A stretch of 64,000 bases of DNA, taken from Candidatus Latescibacterota bacterium (lineage in GTDB: Bacteria > Latescibacterota > UBA2968 > UBA8231). The notes under the pieces are model-generated. The model made no database searches. It was not told the DNA's origin and worked only from the letters and a program-made list of their open reading frames with translations. A program made the translations under genes and the position numbers. The stretch lies in contig CBDCXV010000010.1 of NCBI GenBank assembly GCA_965223905.1, positions 1,344,001 to 1,408,000 on the forward strand. Direction: 5' to 3'. How positions within the stretch are numbered: the first letter of the stretch is position 1; each line of letters starts with the position of its first letter. Below are positions 28,194 through 38,961 of the stretch, piece after piece.

Positions 28194-30008
28194 ATGAGCA
28201 CTGATGTGATTGTTTCAGATCTGGGTCAGTGTCAACCAGCCCACCGTCTCGACCGGGACTACCGGCATGGCACCTGGCGGCTGATCGACTACGAGACCGA
28301 AGAATTCGCCGGCACGATGATTTATTCCGGCCCGGGCATGGATTCAGGACCGTTGACATTGCCCTTGAACCGCGAGGGTTACCACGCAATTCATGTGGGT
28401 GTCCATTACCCCGGCCAGTTCGGGGACGTTCATGTGCGCCTCCGTTTGACCGGTGACCCGGCGTACACCCTTGTGAGAGCAGAGACGCAGAACGGGAAGG
28501 ACCTCAACGGCATCCCGCCGGAATTTGGGTGGAGCCACACGACAAAGGCGTTCTCGGATTACCAGGTGTCCGAGGCTTTCTGGAAGGTTGCCGACCTCAC
28601 CGGGGTTGATCTCGTCATCAGTCGTTTCAACGAAGGGGGCCGCGACAGCAGTTACGGCGAGATGTACAGCAGCCTGGTCCATGTACGTTTAGTACCCCTT
28701 TCAAAGGCGGAATTGGAGGAATACCGCCGGGAACTGCCCCGGAAGGATACCAAACGCCTCATCGCGATGAACGATGCCGGTATTTTCTCCGATCTTCGCA
28801 CAAAGGAGGATATCCGGGCGCAGCTCGAGCCGTATCGGGACAGCGATGTGGACATCATGCTGTGGGCGACCTTCAAGGGGGAAAACTGTACCTATCGCAG
28901 CCGTATCGGCCGCACACTGAATGACAGCAACAATCCCTTTGACCGCTTTGCCGCTTACGAACGCTGGGACACGACGCTTGCAAAGTTGGAGGAACAGGGC
29001 ATCGACTTCATGACCGAGGTTGTACAAGCGGCTCATGCCCTTGGCATACGCATCTTCCCAAGTCTCCGATTCAACGGGCCAAAAGCGTTGCCGCTGGAAA
29101 TGGAGAAAGGGAGTTTCCATGAACGGCACCCCGAATTTCGTTGCAAGGACAAGCAAGGTAGAGAGATAGCGCATCTCAGCCTGGCTTTTCCCGAAATCCG
29201 GCATCTGTGGATTTCTCTCCTGTGCGAGGCGCTGGAATACGGCTTTGACGGGGTTCATGTGATTTTCTGCCGCTCCCAGCCCTTTGTGTTGTACGAGGAA
29301 CCGGTTATCCAGAGGTTTCGTGAGGAATATGGAGAGGACCCGCGCGAGTGTCCGGACGACGACCCGCGTTTCTGGAGGGTGTTGTCCACCTTTGTCACCC
29401 AGTTTGCCCGCGAGCTCAAGGCGGCTGTCGATGCCGTCGGCCGGAAAAGGGGAGTGAAACTTGAAATCGCCTATAACGTCACCTCGACGATGGAAAGCCG
29501 GCTTCGGGCACCGGGGATCGATCCGGCTTCCAGAGCCGAGGTCTCGGGGGGCACCGGGAAATACAATCTCAGCGAGGTCATGCAGAGCAACATGGTATGG
29601 GGAGTCGATGTCGAGACTCTGGTCAGGGAGGGCCTGGTGGACTACCTGATGCCCCACCCGACTTTTGCGATGAACGCTGCAGAATGGATTCAACCGATGG
29701 TGGAACTGGTCAAGGACACACCGGTTAAATTGTACCCTGATCTCTATCCACGCCGCCAGCCCCCGGCCGCCTCCCTGTACTCCGCGCAGACTTTATATGA
29801 ATTGGGTTGTGACGGTCTCACCTTGTGGGATACTTATGCCCGGGTGTTCCGGATCTCCGAGTGGGCGATGATGAAACGGCTTGGACATCGAGAAGCACTG
29901 AACGATTGGCGGGAAGGCGGCAAGGGCGACGACTACTTCCGCGTCCTGAACTTCAAATGGGTCGGCGATCGGAGCGGCGATCCACGCTATTACCAGACCA
30001 ACGGGTAG
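28194..30008 (+). CDS. GHL10-like (family 10 glycosyl hydrolase-like) TIM-barrel protein
   Basis: AHALGIRIFPSLRFN..HPEF..LSLAFPEIR..YGFDGV..WGVDVETLVREGLVDYL. Confidence 0.7.
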   Translation: MSTDVIVSDLGQCQPAHRLDRDYRHGTWRLIDYETEEFAGTMIYSGPGMDSGPLTLPLNREGYHAIHVGVHYPGQFGDVHVRLRLTGDPAYTLVRAETQNGKDLNGIPPEFGWSHTTKAFSDYQVSEAFWKVADLTGVDLVISRFNEGGRDSSYGEMYSSLVHVRLVPLSKAELEEYRRELPRKDTKRLIAMNDAGIFSDLRTKEDIRAQLEPYRDSDVDIMLWATFKGENCTYRSRIGRTLNDSNNPFDRFAAYERWDTTLAKLEEQGIDFMTEVVQAAHALGIRIFPSLRFNGPKALPLEMEKGSFHERHPEFRCKDKQGREIAHLSLAFPEIRHLWISLLCEALEYGFDGVHVIFCRSQPFVLYEEPVIQRFREEYGEDPRECPDDDPRFWRVLSTFVTQFARELKAAVDAVGRKRGVKLEIAYNVTSTMESRLRAPGIDPASRAEVSGGTGKYNLSEVMQSNMVWGVDVETLVREGLVDYLMPHPTFAMNAAEWIQPMVELVKDTPVKLYPDLYPRRQPPAASLYSAQTLYELGCDGLTLWDTYARVFRISEWAMMKRLGHREALNDWREGGKGDDYFRVLNFKWVGDRSGDPRYYQTNG

Positions 30009-30017
30009 ACAATCGGT

Positions 30018-31600
30018 TTGACCGGCGCCGGGGCCCTCCGCGACTGCTACGACGCCTGCGCCGCCCTGCGGGCGGAGATGAACCACTGGCTCGAACAGAG
30101 CCGGCGGCTCGATCCTCCCGGCCCCAACCAGGGAGGCGAGGACGAGGCCAACTACGCCCTCGCCTGGTTCCCCCATTTTCTGATCACCGGCGACCCGGCG
30201 GTCCTGCGCCACTTCGAGGCGCTGAAGGCGGCCCTGAAGGGCTGGGTGGAGCGCGAATGCCTCCACGGGTACGAGCCGGAGGCCGAGGCCCATCACGGGC
30301 CGGAGCCCTTTCTGCTCTTCCTGCCGCGCTACATCGGGTTGCAACCGCAGGATTCGGAGGCCGTCGCGCTGCTGACGGATGCGGCCGAGCACATCGGCAA
30401 CTGGGTGCCCGGGATCCCTCCGTGGTACGACTACTCGCGGGACACCTTCGTCGGGTACCGCATCGGCACCCGCTGCGTGAGCAACGGCGAGGCGGACGCC
30501 CATGAGCTGGCCGAGCACTTCCGCTTCCTTCACATCGCCCTCGCCGCCCACCGGGTGACGGGGGAAGAGCGCTACCTGGAGTGGGCCCTGCGCCATGGCC
30601 GCAAGCGGGCCGGGCGCCTGCTTTCGGCGCCGGATCCGATGCCCCTGCTCTGGACCCTCGACGGGACGGGGCTCGACGAAGCCGAAGTCAACGCCCGGGG
30701 CCTGCAGCTCCTTGCCGCCAGTTCCCACCACCTTCCCGGAGACCGGCTCGCCGGCATCGAGAACCTGATGGCCTCGGGCGCGGTCTACGCCCTGGGCGAT
30801 CTCTGGCTGCTGTCCGGGGAGGAGGTCTTCCGCGAGGCGGCCAGGCGGATCGTGGAGCCCCTGGCGACCTGCCTGGACGATCCCTGCAACGATCCTGCGT
30901 CAGCCGCCCTGAGCTACTACCGCTGGACCTTCGCGGACACCGGCCTCGATCCGGAGATCCGTTCGGGGGTGGAAGCTCTCTGCCCGAAAGCCCGCCTGAG
31001 CGGCTGGCCCTGGTCTTTCCCGAGGAGCAGCGGATGCGGGCGCCGGGCGTCGGCAAGCGGGCGGACATGGCGTACTGGGGAGAATGGTCGGAGGACGGAT
31101 CGGTGAAGCCGATCCGCGAGCCGTCCACGGCCACCCTGACCCTGGCCTGGCAGGTGACGGGGAGGATCGAGTACGCCCTGCGCGCCCTGCGGAACGCCGC
31201 GACGCGTCTGCAGATGGCCAGGCGCGTCTTGCGCGGCGGACGGGAACACGCGGACATGGGAGGGGCGGTCTGCTCAATTGCAGCGGGACACGGACGGAAC
31301 TGGGGACAGGGGGCGGTCACGGCGTGCTACGGCCCCCTGCTGCTGGGCACGCGCGAAATCCGGGGCGAGGTCAGGCCGATGCTCGAGGTCCGGCAGGAGG
31401 ACGGAAGGAGCCATCCGCCCTGGACCCTGCTCTCCCTGGTGCGCCCTCTTCCCGGCGAGGCGGGAGCCGCGGAGGTCGCGTTCCACAACGGGGGGCGGAC
31501 GCCGCTGGCCTTCTCCTGGCGGATCCGCGGCGACGTCGCGGAGAGCCCATGGCGCCAGGAGCGACTCGCGCCGGGAAGCAACCGCAAGCGAGGCGGATGA
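30018..31600 (+). pseudogene. Hypothetical alpha/alpha-toroid-like protein, frameshifted near 30980
   Basis: Coding-like text passes from ORF 30018-31106 into ORF 30581-31600 (LPESPPERLALVFPEE). Confidence 0.6.
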
Positions 31601-31678
31601 AATCATGCTCCCTCAGACGCCTTGCGAGCCGGTGCCTCGGCGCCCTCGTTCGTACGCCTGGTGACGCGCGCAGGGGCA

Positions 31679-33295
31679 CTAGTCGCGCAGACCAGTCAGT
31701 TCTTCCATAAGGTCCGGTGGATTCCACCAGCGCCTGACTCCGAGGTCCGCGGCGATCACCGAGGCGGCGTTGTAGCCGCACAGTCCGGTCACGTTTCCCC
31801 CCGGATGCGTGGAGCCGCCGCACAGGTACAGACCCTCCAGCGGTGTGCGATAGCAGCCGGCTCCCGGAAACGGACGGTTGTAGCCCACCTGGTCGTTGGC
31901 GAACGAGCCGACCAGCAGGTCGCCCTGAGACATGTTCGGCAGCCGGTCGACGGTGTCCAGCGGACTGAGCGCAAACCGGTCGAGGATCGCGTCGTCACGG
32001 AGGTTCGGCGCGAATCCCCGCCAGAACCGGAGCAGCCGTTCGCCGTGCGCGTCACGTTGCGCTTCCCAGGTGGACGCGTCCCCGCTCAGGTGGTAGGGAA
32101 CCTTCTCCCACAGAAACGCCGCGTGCCTGCCCGGTCCGGCCTGACTGCGATCGAACTGGGTGTGGCACGATCCCCAGGCCACGGTCCGCGGAATCCGGCC
32201 GCCTTCGTGCGCATCGACGATGTCATGAAACTGGTCGAAACGCTCCAGGCCGAGAATCACCATGAACGCCTTCCGCAGCTCCGGGTCCGCGGCCGCGGCG
32301 CTGTAGGAGGGCGGTTCCGACAGGGCCAGGTGCAGGCCGAACAGCGGCGCGATTGCGTTGTAGCGGAAGCCCCGGGCGCTTCTTCTCAGGGCGGGAGCGA
32401 CATCCGCTTCCGCCAGCAGTTCCAGGAACGTCTGCTGAGGATTGAGGCCAGAGGCCACGAAGCGCGCCGCCTGCAACCGCTCCCCGTCGTCCAGCTCCAC
32501 CTCCCTGACCCTGCCCTGCCTGACGAGCATCCGCCGGATTCGCGCGCCGCACCGCACCTCCCCTCCGTGCGCTTCGATGTCCGCCACCAGGCCGCGAGCG
32601 AGCCGGGCCGATCCGCCGGCGCACATCTGCGCTTTGCCCGCCAACGCCAGCAGTGCCGGAATCGAATGGCCGAACCCCTTCATGCGCAGGTCGACTTCCC
32701 GCAGTCCGTTGAAGAACAGCAGGCCCGCCCGGATCACGTCGTGCGAGAAGTTGCGGGTGACGAATTCCAGGGGAGAAAGAGCCGACACTTCCAGCAGCCG
32801 CCGGCCCATGCGCGACTGGCCCAGAATGCGCCGCCGCAGCGAAGGTTCCAGCGGTGGGGACCGCGACTCGGGAACCAGGATGTGCTCGACGATCGGACGG
32901 AACTCCTCGACCAGCCTCGCGAGGGCGTCCGCATCGGCCGGCGACCACTCGTGGAACGACTCCCGGGTCCGCTCGAAATCCGTCCACCACTTCAGGCTGC
33001 GCCCGTCCCCGGTCAGCAGCGCCACGTTCAGCTCCGGCTCGATGTAGCGGACGCCGCGGGCGGCCAGCTCCAGGTCCTCGTACCACGGCATCCGGTTCAG
33101 GCCGCGGTGGTAGAACGAGTGCGGATTGTGCATCACCCCCGCGACGCGCGGGTTCTCGATCGTCGCCAGCCCGCCGCCGGGCACGTCCCATCGTTCGAGA
33201 GACAACGTCCTGAGCCCGCAGCGGGACAGGTAGGCCTGCAGCACCAAGGCGTTGTGACCCGTCCCCAGAATGATGCCGTCGTACGTTGCGCTCAT
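31679..33295 (-). CDS. Phytoene desaturase-like FAD oxidoreductase
   Basis: IILGTGHNAL, PGGG, YRTPLEGLYLCGGSTHPGGNVTG..GYNAA. Confidence 0.92.
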   Translation of the reverse strand: MSATYDGIILGTGHNALVLQAYLSRCGLRTLSLERWDVPGGGLATIENPRVAGVMHNPHSFYHRGLNRMPWYEDLELAARGVRYIEPELNVALLTGDGRSLKWWTDFERTRESFHEWSPADADALARLVEEFRPIVEHILVPESRSPPLEPSLRRRILGQSRMGRRLLEVSALSPLEFVTRNFSHDVIRAGLLFFNGLREVDLRMKGFGHSIPALLALAGKAQMCAGGSARLARGLVADIEAHGGEVRCGARIRRMLVRQGRVREVELDDGERLQAARFVASGLNPQQTFLELLAEADVAPALRRSARGFRYNAIAPLFGLHLALSEPPSYSAAAADPELRKAFMVILGLERFDQFHDIVDAHEGGRIPRTVAWGSCHTQFDRSQAGPGRHAAFLWEKVPYHLSGDASTWEAQRDAHGERLLRFWRGFAPNLRDDAILDRFALSPLDTVDRLPNMSQGDLLVGSFANDQVGYNRPFPGAGCYRTPLEGLYLCGGSTHPGGNVTGLCGYNAASVIAADLGVRRWWNPPDLMEELTGLRD

Positions 33296-33449
33296 CGCGA
33301 TCTGGTGCCTGCAACTCCGCGCGAATGCGGCCGCCTCCTCATCCTGGGGGTAAAATCGCAGTTCAATCCAACCTCTTCATCTGAGCGATTATTCCCCCAA
33401 TCCCGTCTCGCCCGGTTGCCCTCGTTCGCACGCCGGATTTTCGCATGGG

Positions 33450-34328
33450 CTAGCCGATTTCCGGAGCGGCGATCCCCCACAGCGACGCCGGCCTGCCGGG
33501 CCGGGTGTTCTCGCCGAGATACATCCGCGTCAGTCTGCGCTGGCGGTGCATTCCGCGACGGCGAGCGACGCCGATTGCCGCTTGATTCGCGTCGGGAATG
33601 TCCCAGTACAGAGACTGGCCCGGAATGCCGCCCAGCAGGTCGTCGGCCAGCGCGGTGCCGCTCGACTCGTCTTCGGCGACCATCGGTCCGAGGTAGTGCG
33701 CGCGTTGGCCGGGCCGCAGCATGCCGTACCCGACTATTCGCCCGGCCCCGTCGGCGAGGACACGCGCCGACGATTGCGCCGCCAGCATCGACAGCATCCG
33801 GCTGCGGGCAACGCCGAACGCCGATGCGTCGAGATCCGCGACCGAGCCGACGTCGCCCGAGTCCAGCGGACGCGGGTTCGGAGCGGATGACGCGCCGCTC
33901 CGCGCCGGGAAGGCCGGGAGCTCCGCTGTCTCCCACCGCGAAAGGCTCCATTCCGCGACGAATCCGAGCGGATCATAGACCTTCCGGCCCAGCGGAGTGG
34001 CGTCCAGCTTGATGCAGCCCACCCCGGACCGCCGCAGGTGCTCGATACAGTGCGAGAGCAGCGCCGTGCCGATCCCCCGCCGCCGCATGGCGGGATCGAC
34101 GAGCACCATGCCGATCCACGCCAGGTCCTGCGAATAGATCGTGGTGGTCGCCGTGCCGGCCGGCCGGCCGTTCCACTCGGCGACGAAACAGCCGCGGGGG
34201 TCGTGCTGCAGGAACCGCCGCCAATCCTGAAGAGACTGGTTCCAGCCGGCGCTGTCGCGGACCCGGCCCGCGAACGGCACGTCCGTTTCTGCCATCTGCC
34301 GCAATGTGATGGAACCGCTGATGGGCAA
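33450..34328 (-). CDS. GNAT acetyltransferase (YitH-like)
   Basis: GWNQ, WIGMVLVDP..RRRGIG, LDATPLG..Y..LGF. Confidence 0.92.
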   Translation of the reverse strand: MPISGSITLRQMAETDVPFAGRVRDSAGWNQSLQDWRRFLQHDPRGCFVAEWNGRPAGTATTTIYSQDLAWIGMVLVDPAMRRRGIGTALLSHCIEHLRRSGVGCIKLDATPLGRKVYDPLGFVAEWSLSRWETAELPAFPARSGASSAPNPRPLDSGDVGSVADLDASAFGVARSRMLSMLAAQSSARVLADGAGRIVGYGMLRPGQRAHYLGPMVAEDESSGTALADDLLGGIPGQSLYWDIPDANQAAIGVARRRGMHRQRRLTRMYLGENTRPGRPASLWGIAAPEIG

Positions 34329-34556
34329 TCTCCCTGAAGCTCCGGTCGGTCCGCGGCGTTACGCACCGGCGCGTAGTGAGAATGTCGAGGAGGGCTGCTC
34401 GCCGCGCGCGCCAGATCCAGCGGATCAATCCACCAGCCGGGGCGCCCCTTCTCTGGTTGGCGGGACGACGGAACGGCCGGCGCCTTCGCGGCGGGGGAAG
34501 GGGTTGCGGCGGCGGCGTTCGGATCCGGACGGGCGGGCCGCGGCCCAGATGGACTG

Positions 34557-34570
34557 TTTCAACGGGCTGT
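34557..34570 (-). repeat. IS-end-like motif, inverted copy of 46733-46746
   Basis: TTTCAACGGGCTGT is the reverse complement of ACAGCCCGTTGAAA. Confidence 0.5.
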
Positions 34571-34576
34571 CAGGGC

Positions 34577-36853
34577 TCAATACACGAAGTCGAACGGCCG
34601 CAGCAGGTCGAGCTCGTCCGCCGCCACCAGGAAGTGAATCAGCGGTCCGATCGTGGTGCCGTAGCTCTGACCGCCCGGAGGAACGGGCAGGGCCTCCTTG
34701 AAGATCGCCCCGTCCGCCACCGTCTTCCTGCCTCCCGGCGACACCAGAAGCTGGAAGTTCATGTTGATCAGGATCGACTCCAGCGTGCGCATGCCCTTCA
34801 GGATGTAGCCGCGGTCGCCGCTCAGCCGGTAGGCGTACGCCAGCGCCTCCAGCGCCAGGCCGTTGAAGATCGGATGCTGAACCGACGGGAACTCCTTGTA
34901 GTAGAACAGCCCGTTGTCCAGCAGCGCATGCTCCAGCAGGGCATCGACCTCGTTGAGGATCAGCTCCTTCACCGAGTCGTCGCCGGTCACCTGATGGTAC
35001 GCCTTCAGGGCATTGACCGCGATGGCGATCATGAACGGCACCCGGATCCGCGCGTGGTCGGTGTAGGGCGCCAGGAAGCCGCCCATGGAGCGCTGCCACT
35101 CCCCGAAGCGCTCGACAATGCCGGTGCCGGCCTCCAGGAAGCGCGTCTGCCCGGTCTCGCGGTAGAGCACCACCAGCGCCTTGAGCATCCAGCCCAGGTC
35201 GCGGGCCTGGTACCTGCCCACCTCCCGGTAATGCTCGGCCTCGATGTGGCGCAGGTAGTTCTCGCCGACGGCGATGGCGGCGTCGCGGGCTTCGCGCTTT
35301 CCGGTCAGGTGATAGTAGTCGAAGAATCCCTCCACCCACTGGTGCGAGACGTTGACGCCGGCGGTGACGTGGTCGGCGCTGTGCATCCTCAGCCCGCCGC
35401 ACTGCAGCGGATCGGGGCTGTGGTGGCAGAAGTCGACGTCCACCCAGTGCTGGGCGGTTGCGCGGCCGGTCTCAAAAAAGCGCCTGGCGCCGGTGCGGGC
35501 GTACTGCAGGAACATCAGGTGCGGGATGTCGTACTCGCCGTTGAGCCACACGACCTTGCCGTCGCCGCGGCCCTGCCAGGTGTAGCCGTAGGTGCCCTCG
35601 TCGCCGAAGCTCAGGATGCCCAGCCCGATCGGCCGGGTGTCGATCACGTCGCAGATCAGCGCCTCCAGGCGGCCGTAGCGGCGGCCGGAAAAGACGTCCT
35701 CCCAGACACCGGCATCGCGGTACCAGTCGCTGGCCAGGGCGGGATGATCGGGGAGCTGGAACTGCAGGCTGCGCCGGGAGATCTCGTCCACCCTGAGATC
35801 GGCTGGATGAAAGTGGAACAGCAGCTCGTGGGTCTTGGCCACCCCCTGGTGCAGGACCAGGTCGTCCTCGCCGGGCGGGTACAGGAACGCCTCCAGCGCG
35901 TCCGGGACGGCGCGCAGCCGCTTCGGAAAGTTCTGCTGCGCCTGGCGGATGGTGAGGGTCACGCCGCCGCGCGGCCCGTTCCAGTCCACCCAGAAGTCGC
36001 CGAAGAAGCACTCGTCCTGATGCTCCGAGGGGTCGCGCAGGATCTTCGCGGTGTCCACGCCGAGATCGACCTCGCGTTCGCTGACCACCTTGTTGGTGCG
36101 GTAGTGCCCCTCCCCGGAGGTCAGCTTCACGGCGCCGCCGGCCGCGGCCAACCGGCCCTTGAGGTGGATCTCCCTGACCGCGACCCGCGGCGGCTCCTCC
36201 CGGTTGATGAACTGGTACTGCACCGAGACGTAGGGCTTGCCGGCCCAGGCGTGGATGCGGATCACGTAGTCCAGGAAGCCGTCGGGGCCATGGCGATGGG
36301 TGCCGGAAATGCCGAGGGCCGCGCGCAGCGGCCCCCGCTCCTCGATCTCGACCTGGGCGGTGTCGTCCGCGGCCGTCGCAAAGGCGGTCCCCTGCCCGTC
36401 GATCACGCTGAACCCGGGCCAGGAACCCTCCTCCCACAGCGGCTCTCCGTGCAGGGTTACCGACCTGATGAGGTCCGTCCCCGGCCTGCCGACGGCCAGT
36501 TGCAGCGGCCCGGTGTCGAGGACGACTTCCCGCTCGCCGTCGACGACCTTCACCGCCGCTGCAGGAGCAACCGCGCCGCGCCCCCCGTCCTCGACGGCGA
36601 AGCGAAACGACTTGCCGCTGCCCCCCGGCAGATCCAGCAGGCAGTGCACGAGCAGCCAGCGGATGCTGCCGTCGTCCCAGCGCCCGGTCGCCGACTTCTG
36701 GCAACAGACCTCCCCGGGGCCGTCGTACAGGGCGAACTGCCCGACTCGGGACAGGGCTCCCCGGGGAAACGGAATCCCGAAGGTTACCGGCTCCTGCGGC
36801 CGGTCGTAGTGGGAGATCTTCTCGAAGAACAGCTCGTCAGCGGGGTTCGACAT
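34577..36853 (-). CDS. YetA/exo-rhamnogalacturonan lyase-like protein
   Basis: EPVTFGIPFPRG..WDDGSIRW; WLNGEYD..HWVDVD..SHQWVEG..YYHLTG. Confidence 0.75.
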   Translation of the reverse strand: MSNPADELFFEKISHYDRPQEPVTFGIPFPRGALSRVGQFALYDGPGEVCCQKSATGRWDDGSIRWLLVHCLLDLPGGSGKSFRFAVEDGGRGAVAPAAAVKVVDGEREVVLDTGPLQLAVGRPGTDLIRSVTLHGEPLWEEGSWPGFSVIDGQGTAFATAADDTAQVEIEERGPLRAALGISGTHRHGPDGFLDYVIRIHAWAGKPYVSVQYQFINREEPPRVAVREIHLKGRLAAAGGAVKLTSGEGHYRTNKVVSEREVDLGVDTAKILRDPSEHQDECFFGDFWVDWNGPRGGVTLTIRQAQQNFPKRLRAVPDALEAFLYPPGEDDLVLHQGVAKTHELLFHFHPADLRVDEISRRSLQFQLPDHPALASDWYRDAGVWEDVFSGRRYGRLEALICDVIDTRPIGLGILSFGDEGTYGYTWQGRGDGKVVWLNGEYDIPHLMFLQYARTGARRFFETGRATAQHWVDVDFCHHSPDPLQCGGLRMHSADHVTAGVNVSHQWVEGFFDYYHLTGKREARDAAIAVGENYLRHIEAEHYREVGRYQARDLGWMLKALVVLYRETGQTRFLEAGTGIVERFGEWQRSMGGFLAPYTDHARIRVPFMIAIAVNALKAYHQVTGDDSVKELILNEVDALLEHALLDNGLFYYKEFPSVQHPIFNGLALEALAYAYRLSGDRGYILKGMRTLESILINMNFQLLVSPGGRKTVADGAIFKEALPVPPGGQSYGTTIGPLIHFLVAADELDLLRPFDFVY

Positions 36854-37078
36854 GGTAGTGTCCTGTCCCATCAATACCCTGCAATTCCGCCGATCCATCC
36901 CGGCTGGCGGCCGGATTTTTGCAACCTGTTCCCCGGACAGGACACCAGGCGCCGCGAGAAATCGGAAACGGAGGAGCAGGGCGGCTCCTCCCCCGTCTCC
37001 GCGGTTGCGGATGTACCGGGAAAACAAGGCACCGGTATAGGCACTGCGCCGTTCGCCGATAACGTGCACAAGGGTCCA

Positions 37079-38059
37079 TCAGGGTCCCTGATGGGCGTAG
37101 CCGATGCCGGTCTGCCCGAAGCCGTTGCCGGTGTACCAGCAGCGCAGCCCGCCGTCGTGCGCGACCACCACCGCGTACGAGCGCTGGTGATCGTCGAAGC
37201 TGCCGGCGGCGCCCACGCCCAGGTCGCCGTCGGGTCCGGAGGCGGTCCAGGTCCAGTTCAGGCCGTCGCCGCTGACGAGGCTGCGCACGCGGTACGCCGT
37301 GCCGAAGGTGTTGACCCACAGGGTCCAGCGGCCGTCGCGGCGCAGCGCGAAAGGCTTGGAAACGATGTACTCGAACGGCTCGACGGCGAACCCGCGGGGG
37401 CTCACCATCAGGCCGTCCAAGGGCTTGGTCCAGCGGATGCCGTCGGTCGATTCGGCGTAGCCCACGCCGATATGCGGAAGAACGTCTCCATGACGGGTGC
37501 GCACGCCCGCCGGTCTGGGCGAGTAGTCGCCCAGCGCGGTGTAGTACATGCGGAAGACGCCGCCGTCGGCGAGCACGCAGACGCTGCCGGTGCCCTCGTG
37601 GTCCCAGGGGCGGTCCAGCGCCAGCACCGGCGACTCGCCGGCGTGCCGCCACGTACGGCCGCGGTCGTCGCTGAGGGCCAGACCGGTCGTGTTGGCCAGC
37701 TTCCCGTCGTCTCTGGGCACACCCCAGGCAACGTAGTACATCAGCCACGCTCCGTCGCCGCGCGGCACCACGAACGGAAAGCTCGGCCCCACGGCGTTGA
37801 AGGCGGTTCCGGCCTGGCGCTCCAGCACCGTTCCCGCGAAGCGCCACTCATGCGGAGCGTCCACCCGGGCGATTGCCAGACAGATGCGGTTGAAGCCGTC
37901 CTCGCCGGTGCCCCAGTAGTACATGTGGTAGTCGTCGCCGAAACGCAGCACGTGCGGACTCGAGGCGCGGCGGGCATCGACGGCTCCCCCGAACCCGGGA
38001 GCGACGACCGGGGTTGTCGAGGGAACCCTCCACCGCAGGGGTGTCGGCGCGTGGGTCAT
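37079..38059 (-). CDS. Five-bladed beta-propeller glycosidase-like protein (GH32/43/130-like)
   Basis: Repeated MYY..G..A.S.DG..W blades; WYTGNGFG.TGIGYA. Confidence 0.75.
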   Translation of the reverse strand: MTHAPTPLRWRVPSTTPVVAPGFGGAVDARRASSPHVLRFGDDYHMYYWGTGEDGFNRICLAIARVDAPHEWRFAGTVLERQAGTAFNAVGPSFPFVVPRGDGAWLMYYVAWGVPRDDGKLANTTGLALSDDRGRTWRHAGESPVLALDRPWDHEGTGSVCVLADGGVFRMYYTALGDYSPRPAGVRTRHGDVLPHIGVGYAESTDGIRWTKPLDGLMVSPRGFAVEPFEYIVSKPFALRRDGRWTLWVNTFGTAYRVRSLVSGDGLNWTWTASGPDGDLGVGAAGSFDDHQRSYAVVVAHDGGLRCWYTGNGFGQTGIGYAHQGP

Positions 38060-38062
38060 CTT

Positions 38063-38915
38063 CTACTTCAGGTCTTCGCCGGGAAATATGCCCCAGGGGA
38101 CCGCTTCTGCCTCGCCTTCATAGACCGGCAGAAACGGCTCCGTGATGTGCCGCGTCTGTTCGACCCAGTCCACCCATTCAGACCTGCTGGTGATGTGATC
38201 TCGGATCAACGCCTTGACTTCGTCGGGCATGTCGTCATAGGCGGGCCAATACCAGAGCGTGAGCACTGTGCGGGGCTGGTCGGTCTGGTTCGCACGGGCG
38301 GAATGCAGCAGACGCGAGTCGCCGATGACGACATCGCCGGCGCGAACCGGTACATCAACCTCACCCTCGACCTGTTGAAAAGCGAGATGATCCGGATCGG
38401 TCGCGTTGATTACGGTGTCGTCGTCCCTTGGCCGCAAATCGTGCAGCGGGTGACGTTTCAGGTGGGAGCCGGGAATCAATCTCAAACAGCCGTTGTGAAT
38501 ATTCGTGTCGACCAGATAGTACATCAGGAAGTACTGCTGCGGCTGGTTGGTGTAGCTGATGGGGTGTTCCCACAACACGCCGTCGTGGTGCCAGTACAAC
38601 GGCGGGCTGTGCGGAGGCTTGCTGATCACGAAGCCGCTCCAGAATTTCGGGGACTCGAATCCCAATTCAGCAAAAACCGCCATCGCACCTGGATCAATGA
38701 GGAGTTCGGTGAAGGTCGGATGGGGGCAGGTCCAGTAGGGAATGAGGCAGCCCTGTGAACGGTGCTGCTCGAAGTGTTCCTCCTCCTGCTGTGCGATCAT
38801 CCATTCGCTCATGTCGTTCCAGCCTTGCTACCATCTCCTGTGCCAGCACATTCTCAAAGACGCAGAAACCATCACGCATGAGTTGATTCCGTTTCTCCTC
38901 AGCGCCTGTCGGCAT
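38063..38915 (-). pseudogene. PhyH-family dioxygenase, frameshifted near 38818
   Basis: QLMRDGFCVFENVL is out of frame with SKPP..YWHHD..NGCL..LLHSA; removing one G restores ARLNDMSEW. Confidence 0.8.
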
Positions 38916-38961
38916 CGATGGTTCTCCTTTCATGCAAGCAGATTCCGCCTGTATCCATCTA

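Noticed and set aside
34376-38758. 1460-aa plus-strand ORF (also 31622-34012, 41309-43597, 49595-52261, 26467-28389)
   Set aside because: Antisense shadows of well-supported genes in high-GC DNA; no recognisable motifs.
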